The translations under genes and the position numbers were made by a program. A DNA stretch of 52,175 bases, from NCBI GenBank assembly GCA_964534905.1, contig CAZHPZ010000004.1, positions 1-52,175 on the forward strand. Direction: 5' to 3'. The notes beneath the pieces were generated by a model. It made no database searches. It worked only from the letters and a program-made list of their open reading frames with translations, and was not told the DNA's origin. Shown here piece by piece: positions 1-8,345 of this stretch (within the stretch, counting starts at the first letter, position 1; the number at the start of each line of letters is the position of its first letter). This DNA is from an uncultured Lachnospiraceae bacterium (GTDB taxonomy: Bacteria > Bacillota > Clostridia > Oscillospirales > CAG-272).

Positions 1-362
1 AATACGGAGATAGAGAAAGCGACACAATTTACCTTGACAAAGAAAGTACGGTCGAGACGGTTGTCCTTCTTTCCAAGGGAAAGGTCGACTCGAAAAAGGT
101 TCGTGTGGAGTTCTCTTTGGAAGATATGGATATGTCAGACTTTCAGGACAGTGCGACCTACACACAGATTAAGGACTATGTGTTAGAGCATAGCGGATTA
201 AAGGTTTCAAACCTGTATATTTCGCAGATTAAGCGGAAGTGCGGATTGGAAGTAGGTAAAAACTACAATCTTCCAAAGTCTGATGATAGCAGACAGCCGC
301 AGTGCCCACCGGAGAAAGAGAAAGCAATCAGAGACGCATTTGAATATTTTGGAATTATTTAA
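1..362 (+). CDS. 5'-truncated CDS: probable large serine recombinase C-terminus fused to the C-terminal tail of a RumA/RlmD 23S rRNA methyltransferase
   Basis: Frame is open from position 3 (YGDRESDTIYLDKESTVETVVLLSKGKVDSKKVRVEFSLED...ATYTQIKDYVLEHSGLKVSNLYISQIKRKCG...FGII). VETVVLLS and the tail are RumA-like; the residues before them lack the RumA DMFPxTxH motif. Confidence 0.65.
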   Translation, partial: YGDRESDTIYLDKESTVETVVLLSKGKVDSKKVRVEFSLEDMDMSDFQDSATYTQIKDYVLEHSGLKVSNLYISQIKRKCGLEVGKNYNLPKSDDSRQPQCPPEKEKAIRDAFEYFGII

Positions 363-375
363 TGTGATAAGTCAG

Positions 376-406
376 ACAGCGACAGAATTTTTTCTGTCGC
401 TGTTTT
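376..406 (+). terminator. Rho-independent terminator
   Basis: ACAGCGACAGAA / TTCTGTCGCTGT stem followed by TTT, just after the stop at 362. Confidence 0.75.
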
Positions 407-483
407 GTCGTGCGTAAATGAAAATATTGAAAAACTTGCAGAGAAAAAGTGCACATTTTTAATAAATTATTTACATTTAAGTT

Positions 484-537
484 ATAGACAAAATCGTCTA
501 TTATTGCTATAATGCAAAAATAGACGAAATCGTCTAT
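484..537 (+). promoter_or_regulatory. Sigma-A promoter overlapped by two palindromic operators (probable TetR sites)
   Basis: TAGACA (485-490), 17 bp, TGnTATAAT (505-513); palindromes ATAGACAAAATCGTCTAT (484-501) and ATAGACGAAATCGTCTAT (520-537). Confidence 0.75.
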
Positions 538-567
538 AAGTCTATAAAATAAACAGGAGTGAATAGC

Positions 568-1809
568 ATGGAATTATTATTAAGTGTATTGCGACTTTTG
601 GTTGCAGTTATGATTGCTTTGTTGGCAGGTAAGCTAATTTCAAAATTAAAACTGCCGGCAGTATTGGGCTGGTTGATCGTTGGTATGGCGATCGGTCCGT
701 ATGCGTTGAACTTATTGAGCAATTCAGTTTTGGATGCACAATGGTTTGAAGTTACAGAAAGTTTGTGTGAATGTGTATTTGGATTGATGATCGGAACAGA
801 ACTTATTTGGAATAAAATGAAGAAATCCGGTACACAAATTGTAGTAACAACACTTACAGAGTCATTGGGAACTTTTGTCTTTGTAAGTTTGGTATTTGGG
901 GTTATCTTCTGGTTTACAGATATTCCGATTTATTTAGCATTTCTGTTTGGTGGTATTGCGTTAGCTACTGCACCGGCACCCTCTTTATCGGTCGTTCAAA
1001 GTATGAAGACGGACGGTCCTGTTACAAGAACCTTGATCCCGATGGCAGCATTGGATGATTTGGTTGCAGCAGTTGTGTTTTTTGTAGTTCTTGCTTTTGT
1101 TTCTGCTCAGGTTTCTACACAGAATGTTTCTGTGGCAGTCATGCTATTCCTGATTTTTTTGCCGGTTATATTGGGAATCATTACCGGTTTCTTAACAGGC
1201 AAACTACTTAACAAATGTCATACAAAAAGCAGCTCCGTGACTGTTATGCTATTGATGTTGCTTGTGTCAGCTGGATTAGGATTTTTGATCAATAGTTTCT
1301 TGCCTGTGCCGATTCTGAATTTTATGTTGCTTGGAATGGCTTTTTCGGCAGCATTTGCAAACATGATTTCAGAGGAACAGCTTTCGAGTATTATGGAAGT
1401 AATGAATCCAATCATTGGATTAGCTATGATAGTGGTAATCTTAAATCTGAGTGCCCCATTAGATTATCATTTAATTCTTGGCGCTGGAATTTATACAGCC
1501 GTTTATATCATTGCAAGGGCAGTTGGAAAATATGGTGGAGCTTATTTTGGAGCTTCGATCACACACGCACCTCAAACTGTAAAAAAATATTTGGGGCTTA
1601 CATTGCTTCCTCATTCCGGCGTATCGTTGGTATTTACTGGTATTGCAGTATCCGTATTAGATACAGCTGCACCGGAATGTGCAGCAATTCTTCAGGGAAC
1701 GATTGCAGCAGCGGCAGTTATCAATGAAATTATTGCTGTTTTTATGGCAAAAAAAGGATTTGAATACTCTGGAGAAATCAATAAAGCAACCGGAGGTATT
1801 TCAGTATGA
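568..1809 (+). CDS. Cation:proton antiporter (CPA2 / Kef-type membrane domain)
   Basis: About 12 hydrophobic segments; LPAVLGWLIVGMAIGP, ALATAPAP, AALDD and ARAVGKY motifs. ATG 568 follows AGGAGTG (ORF track starts at 559). Confidence 0.85.
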   Translation: MELLLSVLRLLVAVMIALLAGKLISKLKLPAVLGWLIVGMAIGPYALNLLSNSVLDAQWFEVTESLCECVFGLMIGTELIWNKMKKSGTQIVVTTLTESLGTFVFVSLVFGVIFWFTDIPIYLAFLFGGIALATAPAPSLSVVQSMKTDGPVTRTLIPMAALDDLVAAVVFFVVLAFVSAQVSTQNVSVAVMLFLIFLPVILGIITGFLTGKLLNKCHTKSSSVTVMLLMLLVSAGLGFLINSFLPVPILNFMLLGMAFSAAFANMISEEQLSSIMEVMNPIIGLAMIVVILNLSAPLDYHLILGAGIYTAVYIIARAVGKYGGAYFGASITHAPQTVKKYLGLTLLPHSGVSLVFTGIAVSVLDTAAPECAAILQGTIAAAAVINEIIAVFMAKKGFEYSGEINKATGGISV

Positions 1810-2429
1810 CACAACAAGAACGTCAAAATCAGAGTAGAGAAAAGATTTTTGAAGCGGCAATGGCAGAATTTAGCTCTCAAGAGTATGAAAATGTAACGAT
1901 GGATCGTATATGTGCTACACATGATATTTCTAAAGGAATGATGTATCACTATTATTCTAATAAGGATGAACTCTTTTTATTGTGTGTGAAAGATACATTT
2001 GAGTCCTTAAATCATTATATCCAAGAGAACGCCCTGAAACCGGATGGTCAAAACACAACGAAAACGATCAAGGATTTCTTTATGTTGCGTGAGCAATTTA
2101 TGGAAATTCATCCACAGTATAGACGGATCTTTGAAAGAGCAGTATTTCACCCGCCGGTACATCTTGCAGAAAAGATTGCTGTTTTGCATGAAGAAATCAA
2201 TCAGTTCAATAAAGAATATCTGAAAGAAATCGTTGCTTATATGCCATTGCGTTCAGGGGTAAAACAGGAAAGCGTGATTCGTATGATGGAAGGAATAGAG
2301 TTCTTAATGCGTTCTTCGGGCTATCGTGATTTTGCTGGTCAGGATACGGAAGGTTTGAATTTGGCGATTGCTTCCATAGATGAAATTTTAGATATACTAT
2401 TCTTTGGCGCATTAAAAAATCAAATATAA
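1806..2429 (+). CDS. TetR/AcrR family transcriptional regulator
   Basis: N-terminal HTH (IFEAAMAEFSSQEYENVTMDRICATHDISKGMMYHYYSNKDEL); ATGA overlap with the antiporter gene. Confidence 0.92.
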   Translation: MTQQERQNQSREKIFEAAMAEFSSQEYENVTMDRICATHDISKGMMYHYYSNKDELFLLCVKDTFESLNHYIQENALKPDGQNTTKTIKDFFMLREQFMEIHPQYRRIFERAVFHPPVHLAEKIAVLHEEINQFNKEYLKEIVAYMPLRSGVKQESVIRMMEGIEFLMRSSGYRDFAGQDTEGLNLAIASIDEILDILFFGALKNQI

Positions 2430-2661
2430 CTATTTCCGATGCTTTGGGCGTTCATCATAGTAATGAGTAGCGTAGCTTACATTTGGTATATGCAGAGCAA
2501 GCAGCTCTGTGCGGTGACTGCGTTCTTCTTGTCAATCCCTATTGCGCGGATGCAGAGAAAAACGATGCCGCCGCAGGTGGTGCGGCATGTTTCAAATTCG
2601 GTAGCATTGCTGCGGAACTGATCTCCGGTAACAGCGGAGTTATCATTGTGGAGATTTGAAT

Positions 2662-2748
2662 ATGAAAATCAAAGAATATGAAACTTACAATGATGCGGAA
2701 TTTCTCAATCTGTACGTAAGCGTAGGTTGAACAGCCTACAGCTTGTGA
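2662..2748 (+). pseudogene. Remnant of a GNAT N-acetyltransferase 5' end
   Basis: GGAG RBS, then MKIKEYETYNDAEFLNLYVSVG*TAYSL*. Resembles the LYxSVGWTAY GNAT N-terminus, with Trp replaced by TGA (2728-2730) and the remainder missing. Confidence 0.6.
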
Positions 2749-2798
2749 TAATTACTGATATATTACAATTTTGCCTCTGATATAATTGAATATTTAGT

Positions 2799-2837
2799 AT
2801 AATAAAATTCGACGGAAAGTCCGTCGAATTTTATTAT
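2799..2837. repeat. Perfect 18-bp inverted repeat directly upstream of the integrase RBS
   Basis: ATAATAAAATTCGACGGA-AAG-TCCGTCGAATTTTATTAT; AAGGAG RBS at 2841-2846. Confidence 0.85.
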
Positions 2838-2854
2838 TTTAAGGAGAAAGTAAA

Positions 2855-3781
2855 ATGACCGTAAAGCAATTATTTAAAATTTGGATTATTTACAAGAAAG
2901 AGCAAGTGAAGCCGCGTACATTTATGAGATATGAGGATATCATAAACAAATACATTAATGTAAATATCGGAAGCAGAGACTTATCAACTGTTGACCGTAA
3001 GTGCATACAATGGATGCTCGGTAAATTGCATAAAAAGAGCACCTCGGAACCTCTGGCGGCATCAAGCATTAATGCTGTAATATCTGTTTTAAATCTCGGA
3101 TTTGAGTACGCTTGTGATCTCGGATTGATAGACAATAATCCTTGTATCAGGATAAAACGGCTCCCGATAAGTGCAAATAAATCGCAGGCTTTTGCAAAAT
3201 CAGACCAAATCAAGCTCGAGCGTTACATCGCAAGCTCTGAAAACAACTCTTATTTCGGTGTGTTGTTATGCTTGTATACAGGACTTAGAATAGGGGAGCT
3301 ATTAGCACTTAAGTGGTCTGATTTTGATATAGAAAGCGGCACGTTATATGTAAAAAAGACGGTGTACAGGCGAAATACGAGAGAAATCGACGAGGAATCT
3401 TCATTAAACTCTCCGAAAACTATGTCGTCGGAGAGAATCATCCCGTTGCCGTATTACATAAAGGATATGCTTGTTGAACGAATGGTGAATAGCAACAGCG
3501 AATATATGGTTTCAAGCTCGTCCGGGCGTCCGATGCTTACGAGGACATATCAAAAGACATTTAAAAAGATATGCAATGAATGCGGAGTAAAGCCCTTGAA
3601 TTTCCATTCTCTCAGGCATACATTTGCAACGAGAGCGATGGAAAGCGGAATGGATATAAAAACATTATCTGAAATAATGGGACATAAAAGTGCTATGATC
3701 ACGCTTAACAGATATGCACACAGTATGCTGGAGACAAAAATAGCAATGATGAACAGATTGGCGTTTAAACTTCAGGAATAA
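2855..3781 (+). CDS. Tyrosine recombinase/integrase (Tn916/ICEBs1-like catalytic domain)
   Basis: LYTGLRIGELLALKWSD, PKT, FHSLRHTFATRA, LSEIMGH and TLNRYAH give the R-K-H-R-H-Y catalytic set; SAM-like N-terminal region. Confidence 0.93.
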   Translation: MTVKQLFKIWIIYKKEQVKPRTFMRYEDIINKYINVNIGSRDLSTVDRKCIQWMLGKLHKKSTSEPLAASSINAVISVLNLGFEYACDLGLIDNNPCIRIKRLPISANKSQAFAKSDQIKLERYIASSENNSYFGVLLCLYTGLRIGELLALKWSDFDIESGTLYVKKTVYRRNTREIDEESSLNSPKTMSSERIIPLPYYIKDMLVERMVNSNSEYMVSSSSGRPMLTRTYQKTFKKICNECGVKPLNFHSLRHTFATRAMESGMDIKTLSEIMGHKSAMITLNRYAHSMLETKIAMMNRLAFKLQE

Positions 3782-3793
3782 ATTAATAATTAA

Positions 3794-3818
3794 AAGGTCT
3801 GACTTTTAGTCAGACCTT
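3794..3818. terminator. Hairpin between the convergent integrase and flavodoxin-NUDIX genes
   Basis: AAGGTCTGACT-TTT-AGTCAGACCTT, preceded by an A tract (T tract on the minus strand). Confidence 0.75.
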
Positions 3819-3839
3819 GAATTTTCGTACATTAAGCTT

Positions 3840-4787
3840 TTAAATACCTTTAACTATCATCCTTACGTTTTCAAGAGTGCATTTATCAAGAAAATCATCT
3901 TTATTCATCCATTCAACGGATATCATTCTTTCCTCTTTAGGAAATGGATTGCCTTCGCTTTTTGTTTCGAAAAGGAAGGGGACAATAGTTTTTCTGATCA
4001 GTCTATTTGAGGGAGTCAAAAATTCATAAGAAAAGGGTGTAAGCTCCTTGATCAAATCATCTTCGGTGATTATTATATTTGTTTCTTCAAAGCATTCTCT
4101 GATTGCAGTGTCAATCAAGGATTCGCCAATCTCTTTATGCCCTTTGGGTAAGGATAACGTTTCTTTACCGTAGATTAATTCGTTTGTAGCAAGAATTTTA
4201 TTACCCGATAAAACGACTGCCATAGCGCTCAATTCTTCCGTGGCATTTGTAGGATTAATAAATTCGCTGACGGCTATTTTGACCTCATCTACATTCAAAA
4301 CAGAATCTTTTAATTTTAGGTTGAATTTGTGTCTTTCAATTCCCAATACATGATTGGAGTACCGAGATCCTTTAAACCATTTTTCAAGACATGGAATAAA
4401 ATCGGGTGATTCTTCTCGGCTTCCGTAAATACCGATTATAAAAATTCTTTTTAAAATATTTTCATGCCTTTCTTCGTTATGCATGAAAAAATCTTGACAT
4501 CTTTCATTAAAAGCAAAATAAAGCGATGAAGGATTTCCACAATACATTGGTACGATAAAAATAATTTTTTGATATTTTTGCATATCTTCAAATATGTTGT
4601 ATAAGTCATCGCTACGGTATTTACAGCAGCTATCGAAGCATTCGTAATCGCAGTTGGTACATACGTGATATTTTGTATTTCTGAAATAAATGATCTTGTC
4701 TTGTTCACACGATAAAAAACGAGCAATACTGTCGCAATTTCCGTTTTCTCTTGCGGAAAAACTAATAAACAATTTATTCATCGACAT
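3840..4787 (-). CDS. Iron-sulfur flavoprotein/flavodoxin-fold domain fused to a NUDIX hydrolase
   Basis: N-terminal SARENGNC, CTNCDYECFDSCC and PMYCGNPS; C-terminal Nudix box PKGHKEIGESLIDTAIRECFEETNI. Own promoter TTGAAA-17-TATAAT at 4842-4814. Confidence 0.8.
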   Translation of the reverse strand: MSMNKLFISFSARENGNCDSIARFLSCEQDKIIYFRNTKYHVCTNCDYECFDSCCKYRSDDLYNIFEDMQKYQKIIFIVPMYCGNPSSLYFAFNERCQDFFMHNEERHENILKRIFIIGIYGSREESPDFIPCLEKWFKGSRYSNHVLGIERHKFNLKLKDSVLNVDEVKIAVSEFINPTNATEELSAMAVVLSGNKILATNELIYGKETLSLPKGHKEIGESLIDTAIRECFEETNIIITEDDLIKELTPFSYEFLTPSNRLIRKTIVPFLFETKSEGNPFPKEERMISVEWMNKDDFLDKCTLENVRMIVKGI

Positions 4788-4871
4788 TTTACACCTCTTA
4801 AAATCATTAATTCATTATACCGCAAATTTTTGCATTTTTCAATCAATTTATCGCTGTCATTGCAAGATAAA

Positions 4872-4899
4872 AAGGTCTGATACCTTTGTGTCAGACCTT
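4872..4899 (-). terminator. tRNA-Ser terminator
   Basis: AAGGTCTGATAC-CTTT-GTGTCAGACCTT hairpin followed by a T tract on the minus strand. Confidence 0.75.
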
Positions 4900-4907
4900 G
4901 CGAAATT

Positions 4908-4996
4908 TGGCGGAGAGGGCGGGATTCGAACCCGCGTGCGATTGCTCGCAAACTGATTTCGAGTCAGCCCCGTTATGACCACTTCGATACCTCTCC
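4908..4996 (-). tRNA. tRNA-Ser (anticodon CGA)
   Basis: Reverse complement GGAGAGGTATCGAAGTGGTCATAACGGGGCTGACTCGAAATCAGTTTGCGAGCAATCGCACGCGGGTTCGAATCCCGCCCTCTCCGCCA: long variable arm, T-loop GTTCGAATC, encoded CCA. Confidence 0.96.
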
Positions 4997-5041
4997 AATA
5001 TTAATTGAGCTCAACTGTATAGTTGGTGACTCAACGTTCCT

Positions 5042-5127
5042 ATTATACCACAACTTTTAAAAAAATCAAGAGCAAAATTAATATTTTTTGCAATTTCGTT
5101 GACTTTTTTTATTGGGTAGTATATAAT
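5042..5127. promoter_or_regulatory. Divergent sigma-A promoters for tRNA-Ser and ymdB
   Basis: Minus strand TTGATT...TGGTATAAT (5069-5042); plus strand TTGACT (5099)-17-TATAAT (5122). Confidence 0.6.
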
Positions 5128-5162
5128 GTTTATAAATTACTATAAAAATAGAAAGTAGCAAT

Positions 5163-5936
5163 ATGAGAATTTTAATATTAGGTGATATAGTCGGTTCGGC
5201 TTCCGTAAATTATTTATCCAAAAAACTATCCGGTTTTATCTCCGCAAATAATATCGACTTTGCTATCGCAAACGGAGAAAACGCGAGCGAAATAAAGGGG
5301 ATTTCAAGGCACGATGCAGAACTTATATACAATGCGGGCGTTGATTTTATCACCCTTGGTAATCATGCCTTCGGAAAGAGCGATATATATACCTTTCTTG
5401 ACGATAACAGTCACCGTATAATACGCCCGGCAAATTTTCCGAGTTCCGCCCCAGGAGAGGGATATTCCATAATCAAATTTGACGGATACAAAATACTTAT
5501 GATAAATATTCTCGGAACAATGTTTATGAACCCGTTGAACAATCCCTTTGAAACAATTGACAGAATAATTAACAGGGAAGTCGGAAATTACGATTTTGCG
5601 ATTATGGATATTCATGCCGAGGCGACAAGCGAAAAGATTGCGTTGGGCAGATATTTCGATGGCAAAATATTAATTATGTTCGGAACTCATACTCATGTTC
5701 AAACCGCCGATGAGCAGATACTTCCCGCAGGAAGTGCTTACATTACTGATATCGGTATGACAGGGCCGGTCAACGGTATATTGGGAACAAAATCCGAAGC
5801 GGTTATCACAAAATTTACCAAACAGCTTCCGCAGCATTTTGTCGTTGCCGACGGTTCGATAAACGCCTGCGGCGTTATCGTTGAAATAGATCCGGATTCC
5901 AAGAAGGTTTTATCTATCGAAAGAATCAAATTTTGA
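5163..5936 (+). CDS. ymdB: YmdB-family metallophosphoesterase (TIGR00282)
   Basis: GDIVG, NGEN, TLGNH, RPAN, DIHAEATSEK, GTHTHVQTAD and TDIGMTGP motifs. Confidence 0.95.
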   Translation: MRILILGDIVGSASVNYLSKKLSGFISANNIDFAIANGENASEIKGISRHDAELIYNAGVDFITLGNHAFGKSDIYTFLDDNSHRIIRPANFPSSAPGEGYSIIKFDGYKILMINILGTMFMNPLNNPFETIDRIINREVGNYDFAIMDIHAEATSEKIALGRYFDGKILIMFGTHTHVQTADEQILPAGSAYITDIGMTGPVNGILGTKSEAVITKFTKQLPQHFVVADGSINACGVIVEIDPDSKKVLSIERIKF

Positions 5937-6040
5937 CGAATCTGATCGAGCTTGTTTTCAAAAAATTAAACATTATACTTAAGAAAATTTAAAAGCAAAT
6001 GGTATACTTTCCTCAAACGATAAATACGGAGGTTAATTGA

Positions 6041-7300
6041 ATGGCTAAAAACAAATTAAATGTTTGTCTCTTGAACGATTCATTTCCACCCACAATTGAC
6101 GGAGTCGCCAATACGGTATTTAATTATGCAAATATAATATGCAAAAATCACGGTACGCCTACCGTGCTTACACCGTATTATCCCAATGTTGAGGACAATT
6201 ATCCCTATGAGGTGATCAGGTATCCGAGCCTGCATACGGAAAAAATCATAAATTACCGTGCAGGCGTGCCTATAGGTGATTCCAAATTCAATAAGGCGAT
6301 TGAAAGTAATCCCGATATTTTACATTCACACTGTCCGTTCGTATCAACTATAATTGCAAGATCAATGCAAAGAATAACCAATGTTCCTATTGTTTTTACT
6401 TATCACACCAAATTCGATATTGATATTCAAAAGCTGATTAAAGGAAAGCACCTTCAACAATCGGCAATTAAGCTCATAGTTGATAATATAAACGCTTGCG
6501 ATGAGGTTTGGGTAGTCAGCAAGGGCGCAGGAGAAAATCTTCGTTCTCTCGGATATGAAAAGGAGTACGTGATAATGGAAAACGGGGTTGATTTTCCGAG
6601 GGGAAAATCAACGCAGAGTGATATTGACCGTGTAACTAAAGAATACGGACTTAGAAATGACTGTATTAAATTTATGTTTGCGGGTAGAATGATGTGGTAC
6701 AAGGGGATTGATATTATACTTGATGCTCTTAAGACGCTTAAGGATAAAAAATATGATTATCAAATGGTGTTTATCGGCTCCGGAATGGATATGAATGATA
6801 TAATAAAGAGAACCTCAGAATACGGAATTCGCGATATGTGCGTATTTACCGACTCTATTACAGACAGAAGTACCCTGCGAGCCTTATTTTCCGCTTGTGA
6901 TATGTTTTTGTTCCCGTCAACATTTGATACTAACGGAATAGTTGTACGAGAAGCAGCTGCTTGCGAGGTACCTGCAATGCTGATTAATGGTTCCTGCGCA
7001 GCCGAGGGAATGTCTAATATGGATACAGGATTTTTGATAAGACAAGATGCCCGCGATATGAGTGAAAGACTTGAATATTTGATGAAAAATCCCAATATTA
7101 TCAAAAGCGTCGGAAAAAATGCTCAAGAGAAGATCTATATTTCTTGGGAAGATGCAATATCCAAGGCTAATGACAGATATCATTACGTTATAGAAAATTA
7201 TCATCAGAAAACATTTGACCATACCGGCCAGCATAGCGATGTGCTTTTCAATATAGCTACTCATATGTATGAAATAAGAAATCTTCTGCATTACGATTAA
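6041..7300 (+). CDS. GT4 glycosyltransferase (1,2-diacylglycerol glucosyltransferase-like)
   Basis: NDSFPPTIDGV, HSHCPF, TYHT and FPSTFDTNGIVVREAAA GT-B motifs. Confidence 0.88.
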   Translation: MAKNKLNVCLLNDSFPPTIDGVANTVFNYANIICKNHGTPTVLTPYYPNVEDNYPYEVIRYPSLHTEKIINYRAGVPIGDSKFNKAIESNPDILHSHCPFVSTIIARSMQRITNVPIVFTYHTKFDIDIQKLIKGKHLQQSAIKLIVDNINACDEVWVVSKGAGENLRSLGYEKEYVIMENGVDFPRGKSTQSDIDRVTKEYGLRNDCIKFMFAGRMMWYKGIDIILDALKTLKDKKYDYQMVFIGSGMDMNDIIKRTSEYGIRDMCVFTDSITDRSTLRALFSACDMFLFPSTFDTNGIVVREAAACEVPAMLINGSCAAEGMSNMDTGFLIRQDARDMSERLEYLMKNPNIIKSVGKNAQEKIYISWEDAISKANDRYHYVIENYHQKTFDHTGQHSDVLFNIATHMYEIRNLLHYD

Positions 7301-7304
7301 AATC

Positions 7305-7335
7305 AAATCAAGGCTCTTGAGCCTTGATTTTTTTA
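7305..7335 (+). terminator. Rho-independent terminator
   Basis: AAATCAAGGCTC-TT-GAGCCTTGATTT followed by a T run. Confidence 0.8.
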
Positions 7336-7427
7336 TGGATTTTAGTTTTAATTTTTAAAAATACTATTGATTAATCTATTTTTTATGGTATAATAAAATA
7401 AACAAAAATTCAAAGGAGATATCTATT

Positions 7428-8333
7428 ATGACTCTTGTTATTTTAGCTGCCGGCATGGGATCCAGATACGGCGGAATGAAGCAAATTGATCCTATGAACG
7501 ACGACGGTGATTTTATCATCGACTTTTCGGTATACGACGCTATAAAAGCCGGATTTAATAAGGTTGTTTTTATTATTAAAGAAGCCAATCTTAACGACTT
7601 TAAGGAAACAATCGGTAATCGTATAAGCAAGTATATCGACGTTGAATACGCTTTCCAAAGAATTGAAGATGTTCCTGCATGGTACACTGTTTCACCCGAG
7701 CGTACAAAGCCCTGGGGAACAACACAGGCTATGATGAGCATAATTGATATAGTAAATGAGCCGTTTGCTGTTATCAACTCCGATGACTTTTACGGCAGAG
7801 AGGCTTTTGAGATTATAGCAGAGCACCTTAAGAATCCTAAATATATTGACGGTAAGCCTCAGTTCTGCATGCCCGGTTATAAGCTCAAAAATACTGTTAC
7901 AGAGCATGGTACCGTGAACCGCGGAGTTTGTCATATTGATGAAAACGGATTCCTCAGAGATATAGTTGAGACAAAGGAAATTAAGCCTATAGGAAACGGA
8001 ATGGCTGAATATCCGAACGGTGACAGTGTGGCAAGCTTGCCTCTTGAAACCGTTGTATCTATGAACTTCTGGGGATTCACGCCTGATCTTTTCCCATATC
8101 TTACATCCGAATTTGATAGATTTTTGCATAATATATCGAATCCTCTTAAGGATGAGTCTTATATTACCGATGTAGTTGACATTATGATAAAGACCGATAA
8201 ATGCGATGTAACCGTATATGATACAAATGCTTGCTGGCTCGGAGTTACATATGCCGAGGACAAGCCTGCGGTTGTTGCGGGAATAAAGAAACTTATAAAC
8301 GAGGGTATATATCCCGAGCATCTTTGGAAATAA
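7428..8333 (+). CDS. Sugar-phosphate nucleotidyltransferase family protein
   Basis: LVILAAGMGSRYGGMKQ, KPWGT, VINSDDFYG and VSMNFWGF motifs. Confidence 0.88.
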   Translation: MTLVILAAGMGSRYGGMKQIDPMNDDGDFIIDFSVYDAIKAGFNKVVFIIKEANLNDFKETIGNRISKYIDVEYAFQRIEDVPAWYTVSPERTKPWGTTQAMMSIIDIVNEPFAVINSDDFYGREAFEIIAEHLKNPKYIDGKPQFCMPGYKLKNTVTEHGTVNRGVCHIDENGFLRDIVETKEIKPIGNGMAEYPNGDSVASLPLETVVSMNFWGFTPDLFPYLTSEFDRFLHNISNPLKDESYITDVVDIMIKTDKCDVTVYDTNACWLGVTYAEDKPAVVAGIKKLINEGIYPEHLWK

Positions 8334-8345
8334 GGAGGTATATGT

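Noticed and set aside
2439-2621. 60-aa ORF after tetR
   Set aside because: It has no RBS or motif, and an alternative frame looks more like a gene remnant.
4690-4956. 88-aa plus-strand ORF
   Set aside because: It overlaps the NUDIX gene start and reads the antisense of tRNA-Ser (GGEGGIRTR is a typical tRNA shadow).
1-4996. Classical attL/attR duplication of the tRNA-Ser 3' end
   Set aside because: I saw no second copy of the tRNA 3' sequence within the window; it could lie outside it.
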